In this document: positions 19,232 through 28,670 of the stretch, piece after piece
Position numbering within the stretch: position 1 is the first letter of the stretch
How the letters are laid out: the number at the start of each line of letters is the position of its first letter
NCBI GenBank assembly: GCA_043803405.1
Contig: JAZDKB010000010.1
Coordinates: forward strand, 32,001-96,000
Reading direction: 5' to 3'
From: Spirochaetota bacterium
Lineage (GTDB): Bacteria; Spirochaetota; UBA4802; JAFGDQ01
DNA length: 64,000 nt
Translations under genes and position numbers: made by a program
The notes under the pieces: generated by a model
What the model was told of the DNA's origin: nothing
The model's database searches: none
The model's input: the letters and a program-made list of their open reading frames with translations, nothing else

Positions 19232-20005
19232 ATGGTTTTGATAAAAAATAAATTATTAAGCTATTGGAAAGGAATAAAAAATTTTTATCAGTATTTTGTT
19301 TCATTAATAATTTCATTTAAATCCATAAAGCATCTTCGCTTTCGTTCCATTTTTGCGATAGCTGTAAATCAGACGAAATTCACCGGCATTGACGCCATGC
19401 CTCTTGTCGCTTCTATAGCAGCTCTTATAGGAGGAACGGTAATAATTCAGGCAACGCAGAATTTTCCTAAATTCGGCATTGAAGGATTCATTGGCAACCT
19501 TCTTGTACTGATTATTGCCAGGGAGATAGGGCCGCTTGTAACGGCCATTATTGTAATCACAAGATCAGGTTCAGCCATTACAGCGGAAATTGCAACCCAG
19601 AAACAGCATAAGGAAATCCTTTCCCTTGAGCTTATGGGAATAGACACAAAGCTTTACATTGTGCTGCCGAGGATCATTGCTTCTACTTTCTCCATCTTTT
19701 CACTGATTATTATTTTTGATATTGTCGGGTTCCTGGGCGGATATATCATTTCCATGACAACGGTTTATATACCTCTGGACAACTTCATGAGAACAGTTAT
19801 GGAAGCATTTACTTTTGAAGATCTTATTATTACTTTAGTAAAAAGTATAATGTACGGCGTTCTTATTCCATTAATATCCTGCTATTACGGTTTTCTGCCA
19901 AATGCTTACTTTGAGATCCCGATTTATGTCAGCAGCGCGGTTGTGCGCACCGTATGGATAATATTTGTAATAAACGCACTTATCTCTGCTGTTTTTTATT
20001 TTTAA
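19232..20005 (+). CDS. mlaE: MlaE family ABC transporter permease
   Basis: REIGPLVTAIIVITRSGSAITAEI, LMGID...VLPRIIA, SAVV. Confidence 0.85.
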   Translation: MVLIKNKLLSYWKGIKNFYQYFVSLIISFKSIKHLRFRSIFAIAVNQTKFTGIDAMPLVASIAALIGGTVIIQATQNFPKFGIEGFIGNLLVLIIAREIGPLVTAIIVITRSGSAITAEIATQKQHKEILSLELMGIDTKLYIVLPRIIASTFSIFSLIIIFDIVGFLGGYIISMTTVYIPLDNFMRTVMEAFTFEDLIITLVKSIMYGVLIPLISCYYGFLPNAYFEIPIYVSSAVVRTVWIIFVINALISAVFYF

Positions 20006-20025
20006 AATGATAAGGATTACTAAAG

Positions 20026-20787
20026 TTGGAAGAAACTGAATTACTAAAGATCGAAAATCTTACATACAAATCCGATAAAAATGATCTGCTTATCGATATT
20101 TCTTTTTCTGTAAAGAAAGGCGAAAATGTAGTTATATTCGGACCTGAAGATTCAGGTATTGAAATAATATGCCCCATGATTGCGGGTTTAATCAGCGGGT
20201 ATCAGGGGGATATCTTTTTCAAAGGCAAATCCATAAAATCTCTTAATTATATTGAAACGCACGATTACAGAAAAGAAATGGGATACCTTCAGAGGGATTA
20301 CGGCCTCATAAGCAATATGTCCGTATTTGAAAACATCTCTTTGCCGTTAAAATATCACTCAAAACTTTCAAGCATCGAAATTGAAGAACTTGTAAATAAT
20401 AAAATAAAGGCCATGAACCTTGAACATTGCAAAAATCAAAGGCCGGTAAATCTAAAGAGATCTGAAAAACTTAAAACGGCTTTTTTAAGATCAATAGTAC
20501 TGTCCCCGGATCTTTTACTGCTTGAACATTCAGTAGAAAGTCAATGCGTATTCAATATTCAGTCTTTTTTCAATGCGTTAAATGTAGAATCATTGACAGG
20601 AACAAAGTCATTTATATTTGTAACTTACGATCCTAAATTATTTGTCAACCTGGCAAACAAATTCATTATGCTATATAAAGGAAATATTGTTTTTTCTGGT
20701 TCACGCGCGGAATTTGCTTCTGCGGATACTCAATATTTACAGCAATATTTATATGCTTTATCGGACGGCCCTATGATATTGTTATAG
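20026..20787 (+). CDS. MlaF-like ABC ATPase with degenerate catalytic motifs
   Basis: ABC fold pattern (DISFSVKKGE, SNMSVFENISLPL); Walker A/B, signature and H-loop all altered. Confidence 0.75.
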   Translation: MEETELLKIENLTYKSDKNDLLIDISFSVKKGENVVIFGPEDSGIEIICPMIAGLISGYQGDIFFKGKSIKSLNYIETHDYRKEMGYLQRDYGLISNMSVFENISLPLKYHSKLSSIEIEELVNNKIKAMNLEHCKNQRPVNLKRSEKLKTAFLRSIVLSPDLLLLEHSVESQCVFNIQSFFNALNVESLTGTKSFIFVTYDPKLFVNLANKFIMLYKGNIVFSGSRAEFASADTQYLQQYLYALSDGPMILL

Positions 20788-20796
20788 AGGCAATAA

Positions 20797-20967
20797 CTAA
20801 TCTATCTTTTCTCTTTTAAGCTCATCCCTGACTGCTTTAAGAAAAAGAGAATCATTATAGCCCTTAAGCATTTGGTTTTTTCCTTTTACAACCTTTTTAT
20901 ATTTCTCGTAAAGATCGCGATTAATTTCAATCTTCAAAACTGCTATTTTATTCTTTTTGTCTTGCAC
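20797..20967 (-). CDS. Small basic hypothetical protein
   Basis: ORF with possible GTG start at 20967 after GGGGT; beta-strand then two helices pattern. Confidence 0.4.
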   Translation of the reverse strand: MQDKKNKIAVLKIEINRDLYEKYKKVVKGKNQMLKGYNDSLFLKAVRDELKREKID

Positions 20968-21278
20968 TAAATATACCCCAAAACTCAAAATTTGAGGATA
21001 AATTATTAAAACATCGCTTTTTTGTCGACAATAAAATATCTAAATATTAAATTATATCTTTAAAATAATTTATTGATGTTAATTTCATTCTATATTTATT
21101 TATTTATGTTTGCTAATTCATTATAATCTGAAAATAAAATAAAATTGATCTTTTTTTTAAAATAGACTATCTTTATATTATTAAACTCAATATTACTTTA
21201 TTAAAAAAATTTTTCCCGTCATTTCAGGAGCTTGCATATTAGTACCGTTTTGGCAGGTTCTTAACAGGTGAATCGTAT

Positions 21279-21974
21279 ATGAAACTAAGCAAGAACGAGA
21301 TCAGGGTAGGTTTATTTATTCTAGTCCCTATAATAATAATTTTTTTATTTTTAACACTGAAACTCGGATTTTCATTAGCTAGTACCACCATAGATGTATA
21401 TCTGAAAGTTGATAATATTAAATCGATTAAAAAAGGTACAATTGTAAAAATCAAAGGCTACGATATAGGAAGAGTTATTGAAATTAAACCGGTATACCAG
21501 CCGGCCCTTCATTTCCTGGCAATAATGAGGATTAAAACCGAAATAGACATTTTTGAAGATTGTTCAGCAATAATACAAAATCAAAATATAATAGGTGAGC
21601 CGGAGATTGAAATCAGAAATCCTGAAATAAAGGGCGACCTAATTGCAAAAGCTTCGGTAATTGAAGGAATAGAATACGTTAATCTGGATACTATAGTGAG
21701 TGATGTTCATACATTGCTTACCAATCTAAGCAATACAGTCGATGTCTTTAAGGGAATATCTTTAGACAGTAAAAATAACATAAAACTGCTCATTACAAAT
21801 CTTACGGGCAGCGTTACAACTCTAAATCAGATCCTGAACGACTCACAAAAAGATATTGGCTCAATGCTTACATCATTCCGCAAAACTGCATCAACTCTCG
21901 ATGAAATATCCCAGGAGTTAAAAAAGCATCCGGTGAATTTTTTGTTTAAAGGCAAAAAAGACGAGAAAAATTAA
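21279..21974 (+). CDS. mlaD: MlaD/MCE domain protein
   Basis: EIRVGLF + TM, KKGTIVKIKGYDIGRV, IIGE, helical C-terminus ending LKKHPVNFLF. Confidence 0.8.
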   Translation: MKLSKNEIRVGLFILVPIIIIFLFLTLKLGFSLASTTIDVYLKVDNIKSIKKGTIVKIKGYDIGRVIEIKPVYQPALHFLAIMRIKTEIDIFEDCSAIIQNQNIIGEPEIEIRNPEIKGDLIAKASVIEGIEYVNLDTIVSDVHTLLTNLSNTVDVFKGISLDSKNNIKLLITNLTGSVTTLNQILNDSQKDIGSMLTSFRKTASTLDEISQELKKHPVNFLFKGKKDEKN

Positions 21975-21985
21975 AGTATTAATGT

Positions 21986-23062
21986 TTATTTATCCGCCTT
22001 ATAAAAACTGTAGCAGAACAAACCTTGCGAACCTCTAATAATAAAAATATTTTTTATTATTCTGGAATCAATAAAAGTTTCATTAGAAAATTTTTTTTGA
22101 TAAAGAATGCCGTTATTTAAAAAAATGAAAAAATGTGCCTTGCCGTCAACGTCCATGTATCCTGCCGAATAAACACCATCGCTGCAGCTAATGGAACTTA
22201 AACCCGGATTGCTTGCGGGTATTTTAATTATACTCTCAACTTCATCCTCTTCGCCTATTATTATTCTGTCATAATCAATAGCTGCAATTTCCCCGTTATC
22301 ATTTATATTCAAAGCAGTCCTTGTAAGATGCACATGTTTTAAAGGCAAATCATACGACTTATCCCGCGAAGCATCAATCGATTTCAAAAAATCCCCTTTA
22401 CTGCTGCCATAATGGACAAGTGAGTATCTCCCATTTGGACTTATCGCGATATTTTTCACAATTGCTTTATCCGCAACAATACCTCCGGTTATAAGGTCTC
22501 CTCTATCATTTAAAATATAATAATTCCCGTCCATAAAACCGACGCCGGCATAATCGGAATTCTGCTGTAGTGCAATAACTGTGCATAGTGTGCCGGAAAT
22601 TTCCTTTATACCTGCCGGATTTCCGTCAATGTCTATTATTCTGATCTTTGTATGATCGCCGTTCATTAGCAGGACAAGTTTCCCGCCCGAAGTTATATAG
22701 GGATATTCCATGGATTTAATGCGCCAGAATCTGTCCCCGGACGGATTAAAAAGTTCAGCATGATCGCCGATTTTATCATATTGCACATAATAACTGCCGT
22801 TACTGCAAACAGATGCCAGGCGGTTATCAAAGTTAATCTTTTTTAAAAATTTTCCATTTGCTGAAACCAGAAAGATGTCGGACCTGACAACCAGGGGAAA
22901 TTCAGCTTTTGGCATTAGAGGATTTCTGGATTCTTCAATACTTCGGACAGATTCAATGCTGCCGTGCCATTCCGGAAATATTTCAATCGCTCCGGCTGGT
23001 CCCCAGATTGGGGCAAAGCTTAGAAGTATCCCGGCTAAAAGTCCCAAGAGTATATAGAGCAT
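21986..23062 (-). CDS. Exported hypothetical protein, beta-propeller-like
   Basis: Signal/TM segment; repeated S-x-N/D-G-aromatic blade-like motifs. Confidence 0.6.
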   Translation of the reverse strand: MLYILLGLLAGILLSFAPIWGPAGAIEIFPEWHGSIESVRSIEESRNPLMPKAEFPLVVRSDIFLVSANGKFLKKINFDNRLASVCSNGSYYVQYDKIGDHAELFNPSGDRFWRIKSMEYPYITSGGKLVLLMNGDHTKIRIIDIDGNPAGIKEISGTLCTVIALQQNSDYAGVGFMDGNYYILNDRGDLITGGIVADKAIVKNIAISPNGRYSLVHYGSSKGDFLKSIDASRDKSYDLPLKHVHLTRTALNINDNGEIAAIDYDRIIIGEEDEVESIIKIPASNPGLSSISCSDGVYSAGYMDVDGKAHFFIFLNNGILYQKKFSNETFIDSRIIKNIFIIRGSQGLFCYSFYKADK

Positions 23063-23064
23063 AT

Positions 23065-24129
23065 TTATTTCCCGAAAAATGTTTTTAACTGCTGGATTCT
23101 GGAAGGATGACGGAGTCGCCTGATCGCTTTTTTCTCAATCTGTCTTATCCTTTCTTTGGATAATTTAAACTGATCGCCTATCTGCTGGAGGGACATGGGT
23201 TTTTTGCCGTTAAGACCGAAACGCATTTTTAAAATATCCCTTTCGGATTCCGTCAGAGTTTCAAGAACAGCATTCAATGCTTCTTTTAATGACTCATCCA
23301 GAACCTTTTTGTCCGGTGATTCTGTTCCGAAATCCTCCATTGTTGAAAGTACAGACATTTCTTCGGAATCGCCCAGAGAAGAGTCGAGCGAAACGTATTC
23401 CTGGCTAATGCTTCTTAGATAATTCACCTCATCATCGTCCATATCAAGTTCAGCGGATATTTCCGCAGCAGTAGGTTCGCGACCAAGCTGGTTTTCGAGT
23501 TTGCGGTGAACTTTCTCAATCTTTTGAATATCGACAGTTCTGTTTACCGGAAGCCGTATAAGCGATGTCTTTTGTGATATAGCAAGAATAATAGCCTGTC
23601 TTATCCACCAGATTGCATACGAAATAAAATGATACCCTCTGTCCGGATCAAATTTTTCCGCAGCCTTAATAAGACCCATATTCCCTTCATTTATCAGGTC
23701 GAGAAGCGATATCCCGCTGGTCTGGTATTTTTTTGCGATTGTAACTACAAATCTCAGGTTAGCCTTGATAAGGTCATCCTTGGCTTTTTCATCACCAGCC
23801 TGAGCGGCCTTGGCAAGTTTATTCTCTTCTTCCCTGCTCAACAAGGGTATTTTATTAATTTGTTCCAGATACCACGATATTGAAGAATCCCTGAAGGTTG
23901 CTTTACTTTTTTTATTCGTCTTTCTTTTTGCATCAGGATGTTCAAGATCGGCGTCTATTTCATCGTTTTCCAGATCTTCCTGATCAAAATCAATATCATC
24001 CTCATCAATATCCGGATCTTTTTCATCGTCTTCGTATAATAGCTCAGTTGCGAGCTTTGCGCTTTCATCCGGGCTGGAAATTGATTTTGAATTCCTGGTC
24101 TTTAACGCCTTTTTCGGTTTTCGTGCCAT
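23065..24129 (-). CDS. RNA polymerase sigma-70 factor, RpoD/RpoS family
   Basis: Regions 1.2 (YLEQINKIPLL), 2 (ANLRFVV, DLINEGNMGL, FISYAIWWIRQ), 3, 4.2 (SKERIRQIE). Confidence 0.92.
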   Translation of the reverse strand: MARKPKKALKTRNSKSISSPDESAKLATELLYEDDEKDPDIDEDDIDFDQEDLENDEIDADLEHPDAKRKTNKKSKATFRDSSISWYLEQINKIPLLSREEENKLAKAAQAGDEKAKDDLIKANLRFVVTIAKKYQTSGISLLDLINEGNMGLIKAAEKFDPDRGYHFISYAIWWIRQAIILAISQKTSLIRLPVNRTVDIQKIEKVHRKLENQLGREPTAAEISAELDMDDDEVNYLRSISQEYVSLDSSLGDSEEMSVLSTMEDFGTESPDKKVLDESLKEALNAVLETLTESERDILKMRFGLNGKKPMSLQQIGDQFKLSKERIRQIEKKAIRRLRHPSRIQQLKTFFGK

Positions 24130-24156
24130 TAGTTTTAATATACCTGATAAAATTAT

Positions 24157-24717
24157 TTATTTCTGAAACAAACTGATATGATGTGCTACATTCCGGAAAA
24201 TAAACAAATCAAGATTTTCCTTCTGATCATCATATATTGTGCTGAACATAAGTCCTATCCCGTATTCATTCTTTTTAATTTTTTCCGACCTGATTACCAT
24301 CGTCAGCGCCTCAATGTCCTTCAACTTTTTATCAACAGATGAAAGATCGATCTTTATCATAATAATACTTGAAATTTCAATATGCTTTTTAGATTTAAAG
24401 TACAATCCTCCCCTGCTGATGTTCTTAATTGTGCCTACAAAATCAATTGCTTTGGCTTCTTCCTCCGACGATTCTATTAATATTTTGGTTATCCTTACAG
24501 GGATTTCTACATCAAGCCTGAAATATTTTCTTTTATTGTCAGAGCATATCTCAGTGTAATATTTTCCGGTCCATTTTTCAAAATTTTTTTCGAACCACTG
24601 GAACATAGCTTCTTCAATCGTTAATTGTTTATTTTTCTTCTTTTTACTTTCATAATATTTATTGATTTCCGTTTTTATACCCTGCGATAGGTCTTTATAT
24701 TTAATAGTATCTTTCAT
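24157..24717 (-). CDS. PilZ domain c-di-GMP-binding protein
   Basis: RxxxR (KRKYFR) and NxSxGG (NISRGG). Confidence 0.82.
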   Translation of the reverse strand: MKDTIKYKDLSQGIKTEINKYYESKKKKNKQLTIEEAMFQWFEKNFEKWTGKYYTEICSDNKRKYFRLDVEIPVRITKILIESSEEEAKAIDFVGTIKNISRGGLYFKSKKHIEISSIIMIKIDLSSVDKKLKDIEALTMVIRSEKIKKNEYGIGLMFSTIYDDQKENLDLFIFRNVAHHISLFQK

Positions 24718-25008
24718 ATTGTTCCTGCATTTTTTTAATTAAATTTTACTAATTTATTAAAATTTAAGGCAATCCCCGCAGCCGGCAGCTGTATGAGTCT
24801 TTAATACTATATTAAATTACCGATTTTAGAAATTAAAAAATATTATTACTTTTTAAATCTTTAAAAACAAAAATGCAATCTTTTTCTTAAAATGATCGAT
24901 ATTAATATTGTAAACTATTTCATAATATTATAGAATTAGTAAAATATTATTGTGTTTACAGCTTACTACAGTATATAAAAATCCGATTAAGGCTAATTTA
25001 TAAAGAAT

Positions 25009-26739
25009 ATGAGATTAAAAGCAATTGTTTTTTCAGCCATAGCGCTCACTTTAATATTCACAGATCATGTATTTTCTTCAGCTGATATAAGCCAGCAAAA
25101 TAAAATAGTTATTTCAATTATTGACAAAGAAAAAAATAATAATAATCTTGATAAGATTAAAGATATTATCAATCAAATAGATTCGGTTTACGGGGATTTG
25201 TACAACAAACTGCAAAATGGTGGCAAAATAGTAATTCATTTTGATCCTGCCCACGGAAGACTGAACAACGGTAAATGGCAGGGGGAATCCACAAACAGGG
25301 TAAGCTCAACAGGAATTACAGAAGAGTTATATTCGATCCCTATTGCCAGGAAACTGTATAACATGCTTAATAATAATAAATATATTAAAATAATTTCCAA
25401 TGACGAATATATGCTCGTTCTAAAAGGAGAAAGCGAAGAATATAAAAAAATATTTTTTTCGGAAACAGTAAAATCCGCAAAAGCTGAAAATGCATTCATG
25501 GTAATTAGCGAACATTTAAATAATATTTCCGTTCTGCAGAAGACAGATGGCATAATAAATATTCCCGGTATTCATGTCACATGCGACGATGCCGGTAACA
25601 GGTATCTTACATTTATTCACAGCTCTTATGACGGTTACCTGACTTTATATAATAAGTATGATATTTCCGGAATGTCGAAAAGCATTGCATATAAAATGAA
25701 AGAATATATTCCTTCAAAAGGCATAAAATTAAACGGCTGGGATTACGGCGCTGTGGCTGATGACCGTTTCAGTTATTTTATTGATTTCCCGGTGTCCGTG
25801 ATTTTTGAGTCAGGATTTATTTCAAATCCTGTTGAGGAAAAAAAACTTAGGGATACTGACTACCAGCAGATTATTGTCGACTGCCAGTACAGGGCTATTC
25901 TTGAAAGCATAGAAAAAATCTTTGGCGTTGATGTATCAGGCTTGTGGCTGAAGGAGGCGAACAAGAACCCGGAAATAGTGGATCTGATTAAATTATCAAG
26001 GATTTCAATTTATTATCTGCAAAATGGTTATCCCGAAAAAGCTGTAAACATAATAAACGAAATTGAAAATAATTACAGCGATTCATATTCCGATTTAATA
26101 GAACCGTATATTATTTTAAAAGACCGTATAATTAAAGCGGAAAAATATTTTAGCAGATGCAAATACCTGCAAAATGCAGGTAAAAACAAAGATGCAAAAA
26201 GAAATTTGCTTAATGCTGTAAGGACAACCGGGAATGAACAGATATTTTTAGGTTTAACCGACAGATATTCCAAATACGCGCGCAGGAACTTCGGGATAAG
26301 GATCATTGACTGGCACGAGAAAGGCTGCTCTGCGAAAATGCCGGTTGCGTACACACCGCATAAAGCATCCTTAGACATGCCGATTATTCTGCCGGTTGAG
26401 AAAGACCAGCTTCTGGAAGATGCAGTAATTAAGGCTCTTTCTCCGAGGCAGGGGGTGTACGCAAAGCTGGTCAAAGCATTTAACGAAGCGCATATCTGGA
26501 AAAAAATTAAAAAAGAAAAATATTCAGAGAAAAAAAAGAGAAATATAGTTTACTGGGAAAGAGAAAGAATTAAATTTACTTTTAAAGAAGGTTTATATCT
26601 TGTTAATCTTAACAGAAATTTTCAAATAACAAGAGTAAAAAAAGTTTCACAGCTATTGCTCGATCCTAACAGATATCAAAATCATCAATATTTAAAGAAT
26701 TCATATTTTGCCGGAACCACAAAAGAAAAATCACTGTAA
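25009..26739 (+). CDS. Exported N-acetylmuramoyl-L-alanine amidase (Amidase_3-like) with helical C-terminal extension
   Basis: Signal peptide, FDPAHG, TEE, ISEHLN, IFESGFISN. Confidence 0.7.
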   Translation: MRLKAIVFSAIALTLIFTDHVFSSADISQQNKIVISIIDKEKNNNNLDKIKDIINQIDSVYGDLYNKLQNGGKIVIHFDPAHGRLNNGKWQGESTNRVSSTGITEELYSIPIARKLYNMLNNNKYIKIISNDEYMLVLKGESEEYKKIFFSETVKSAKAENAFMVISEHLNNISVLQKTDGIINIPGIHVTCDDAGNRYLTFIHSSYDGYLTLYNKYDISGMSKSIAYKMKEYIPSKGIKLNGWDYGAVADDRFSYFIDFPVSVIFESGFISNPVEEKKLRDTDYQQIIVDCQYRAILESIEKIFGVDVSGLWLKEANKNPEIVDLIKLSRISIYYLQNGYPEKAVNIINEIENNYSDSYSDLIEPYIILKDRIIKAEKYFSRCKYLQNAGKNKDAKRNLLNAVRTTGNEQIFLGLTDRYSKYARRNFGIRIIDWHEKGCSAKMPVAYTPHKASLDMPIILPVEKDQLLEDAVIKALSPRQGVYAKLVKAFNEAHIWKKIKKEKYSEKKKRNIVYWERERIKFTFKEGLYLVNLNRNFQITRVKKVSQLLLDPNRYQNHQYLKNSYFAGTTKEKSL

Positions 26740-27664
26740 AGACAGGAATCAATCTGCAAAGCCGTATAATTTTTTCGGCGATTATTTATGGAAAAAATAC
26801 GGCTCCCGCATATTAAAGCTTCCGATCAATGCAGGTTTTACATGCCCGAACAAAGACGGCCTTGTTGGAACCGAGGGTTGCATTTTCTGTGCGGAAGACG
26901 GTTCCGCTTCGCCGAGCTCGCTTGTCTCCGAAAACATTACTGCACAGATGGAAACCGCGAGAAAAAATTTTAAAAGGTCGGAAACAGACACAAAATACAT
27001 AGCTTATTTTCAGGCATTCAGCAACACTTATTCGGAAATTGAAAATCTGAAATATGTTTATGATACCGCAGTCGGATTTAAGGACATTGTAGGACTAATG
27101 ATCGCCACACGGTCTGATTGTCTTCCAGAGGATGTGCTTGACCTGATATGCGGGTATGCTAAAGATAATTTTGAGCTTTGGCTGGAAATCGGCATGCAGA
27201 CAATTCACGAGAAAAGCCTCGCGTTTTTAAATAGAAGGCATTCGTACGACTCAGTAAAAAGCGCAGTCTTCAGAGCGCATCAAAGAAAAATACCTGTATG
27301 TCTACATGTTATACTCGGCATTCCAGGTGAATCGTGGCGGGACATGATGGACACCGCAAAGGAAATCTCTTCCCTGCCCGTAAGCGGTGTAAAGATTCAT
27401 CATCTTCATGTTATTAAAGGCACCAGGCTAGAAGAGTATTATAAAGAAGGAAAAGCGGATATTCCGGGATTTAAAGAATATGTATCCATACTTTGTGATT
27501 TTCTTGAAAGGCTTAGACCCGACATTTTAATTCACAGGCTTTTAGGCGACAGGAGCGCGAATTCGCTTGTTGCTCCAAAATGGGGAATGAATAAAGGTAC
27601 TGTTATAAAGGCAATCGGGGACGAATTTGCCCGAAGATGCACATACCAGGGATTTTTATTATAA
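26708..27664 (+). CDS. TIGR01212/YhcC family radical SAM protein
   Basis: AGFTCPNKDG...GCIFC, YFQAFSNTY, LEIGMQT, HVILGIPGE, VKIHHLH. Confidence 0.88.
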   Translation: MPEPQKKNHCKDRNQSAKPYNFFGDYLWKKYGSRILKLPINAGFTCPNKDGLVGTEGCIFCAEDGSASPSSLVSENITAQMETARKNFKRSETDTKYIAYFQAFSNTYSEIENLKYVYDTAVGFKDIVGLMIATRSDCLPEDVLDLICGYAKDNFELWLEIGMQTIHEKSLAFLNRRHSYDSVKSAVFRAHQRKIPVCLHVILGIPGESWRDMMDTAKEISSLPVSGVKIHHLHVIKGTRLEEYYKEGKADIPGFKEYVSILCDFLERLRPDILIHRLLGDRSANSLVAPKWGMNKGTVIKAIGDEFARRCTYQGFLL

Positions 27665-27667
27665 ACC

Positions 27668-27695
27668 GTAGAGACGCACATCCGTGCGTTTTTAC
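27668..27695. repeat. GTAG-type REP-like palindrome, copy 1
   Basis: GTAGAGACGCAC-ATCC-GTGCGTTTTTAC between convergent genes. Confidence 0.7.
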
Positions 27696-27702
27696 TACGC
27701 TA

Positions 27703-28170
27703 TTACCCTTTAAGCAGCCTGGCATTAAATTTATATGGAACAACATTGATGATTTTTATTTTCGCGAAATCCGGATGACGCGGATTAATAAGATAATTTC
27801 TCCCTTCTCCAGATGGCGTTATTGAAGACGGCACACTTAGCGCAACACGGCTGCATTTATTTATCCAGTCCGATCCTATTTCCGCAAGAATGCCTGGCGC
27901 GGGATATGTATGCCAGTTCTTCGGTAGCTTAGCTGCGGAAATTTTATCAATACCGATGTTATCCGGCAGTTCAAATGTCGTCATTGATATATTTTTGGGC
28001 ATTAAATTCAAAGAAACATGAACGAGCATTTCCAGGGTCGCCAAAGCTGTTGAATCGGAGGTATATATTACAGGCGTTCCTTTCAGGTTCCATCTGCCGC
28101 CTGCCATACGGACGCCGTGTCCCGAAATTTCTCTCGCGTATTTTGCTTTGGAAATTCTGTATAAGAGCAC
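27703..28170 (-). CDS. RES domain toxin (NAD+ phosphorylase family)
   Basis: YRI, GGRWN, YTS....ATLE.LVH, VPS, NYLINPRHP; GTG start overlaps the antitoxin stop. Confidence 0.9.
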   Translation of the reverse strand: MLLYRISKAKYAREISGHGVRMAGGRWNLKGTPVIYTSDSTALATLEMLVHVSLNLMPKNISMTTFELPDNIGIDKISAAKLPKNWHTYPAPGILAEIGSDWINKCSRVALSVPSSITPSGEGRNYLINPRHPDFAKIKIINVVPYKFNARLLKG

Positions 28171-28589
28171 TAAGAAACAGCCCCATATTCAATGCGGACG
28201 AGTTCATCGAAAATCATCTCGATCCCGGTTGATGTATCAAGAAGTTCAACAGGAGGAACATTCCCGAACGAAGCACAAGGCTCCTTAAGCCACTGCGCAG
28301 CGTCTTTTTTATCTTCAAAGACTTCAAGGCATCTTGTATAGACTCTGGTAATCTGCAGGACATGATCCGATAAATCGGGGGAAAGGACTTTGTCCGGTTC
28401 ATAACGCTGCAGTGTCCTCTCCGAAACATGAAGGCACCTGGCAATATCCGAGACCTGCAAATTCATTTTTTTTGCCAGTGCATCTATTGATTTTTTCGGA
28501 ATACCGTTCCTCGCTGCCTTTATAAACTCCAAAGGCGTGCCTATAAGTATCTTCAATCCAAGTTCTTTTAAAACAGCCTGATAACTCAT
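28170..28589 (-). CDS. Xre/MbcA/ParS family antitoxin
   Basis: HTH (HVSERTLQRY) and C-terminal VFED...AAQWL..P..SFGNVPPVELLDT..G...V/L.RIEYG. Confidence 0.9.
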   Translation of the reverse strand: MSYQAVLKELGLKILIGTPLEFIKAARNGIPKKSIDALAKKMNLQVSDIARCLHVSERTLQRYEPDKVLSPDLSDHVLQITRVYTRCLEVFEDKKDAAQWLKEPCASFGNVPPVELLDTSTGIEMIFDELVRIEYGAVS

Positions 28590-28620
28590 GATTCCTCCGG
28601 CAGATTATCATATCCTATAT

Positions 28621-28651
28621 GTCAAATGTCGCAAAAAATAAGTCAATTGTC
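28621..28651. promoter_or_regulatory. Candidate autoregulatory operator of the Xre-RES operon
   Basis: GTCAAATGTC and GTCAATTGTC direct repeats, 21 bp apart, just upstream of the antitoxin. Confidence 0.45.
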
Positions 28652-28670
28652 AAGATAATTATTATAGAAT

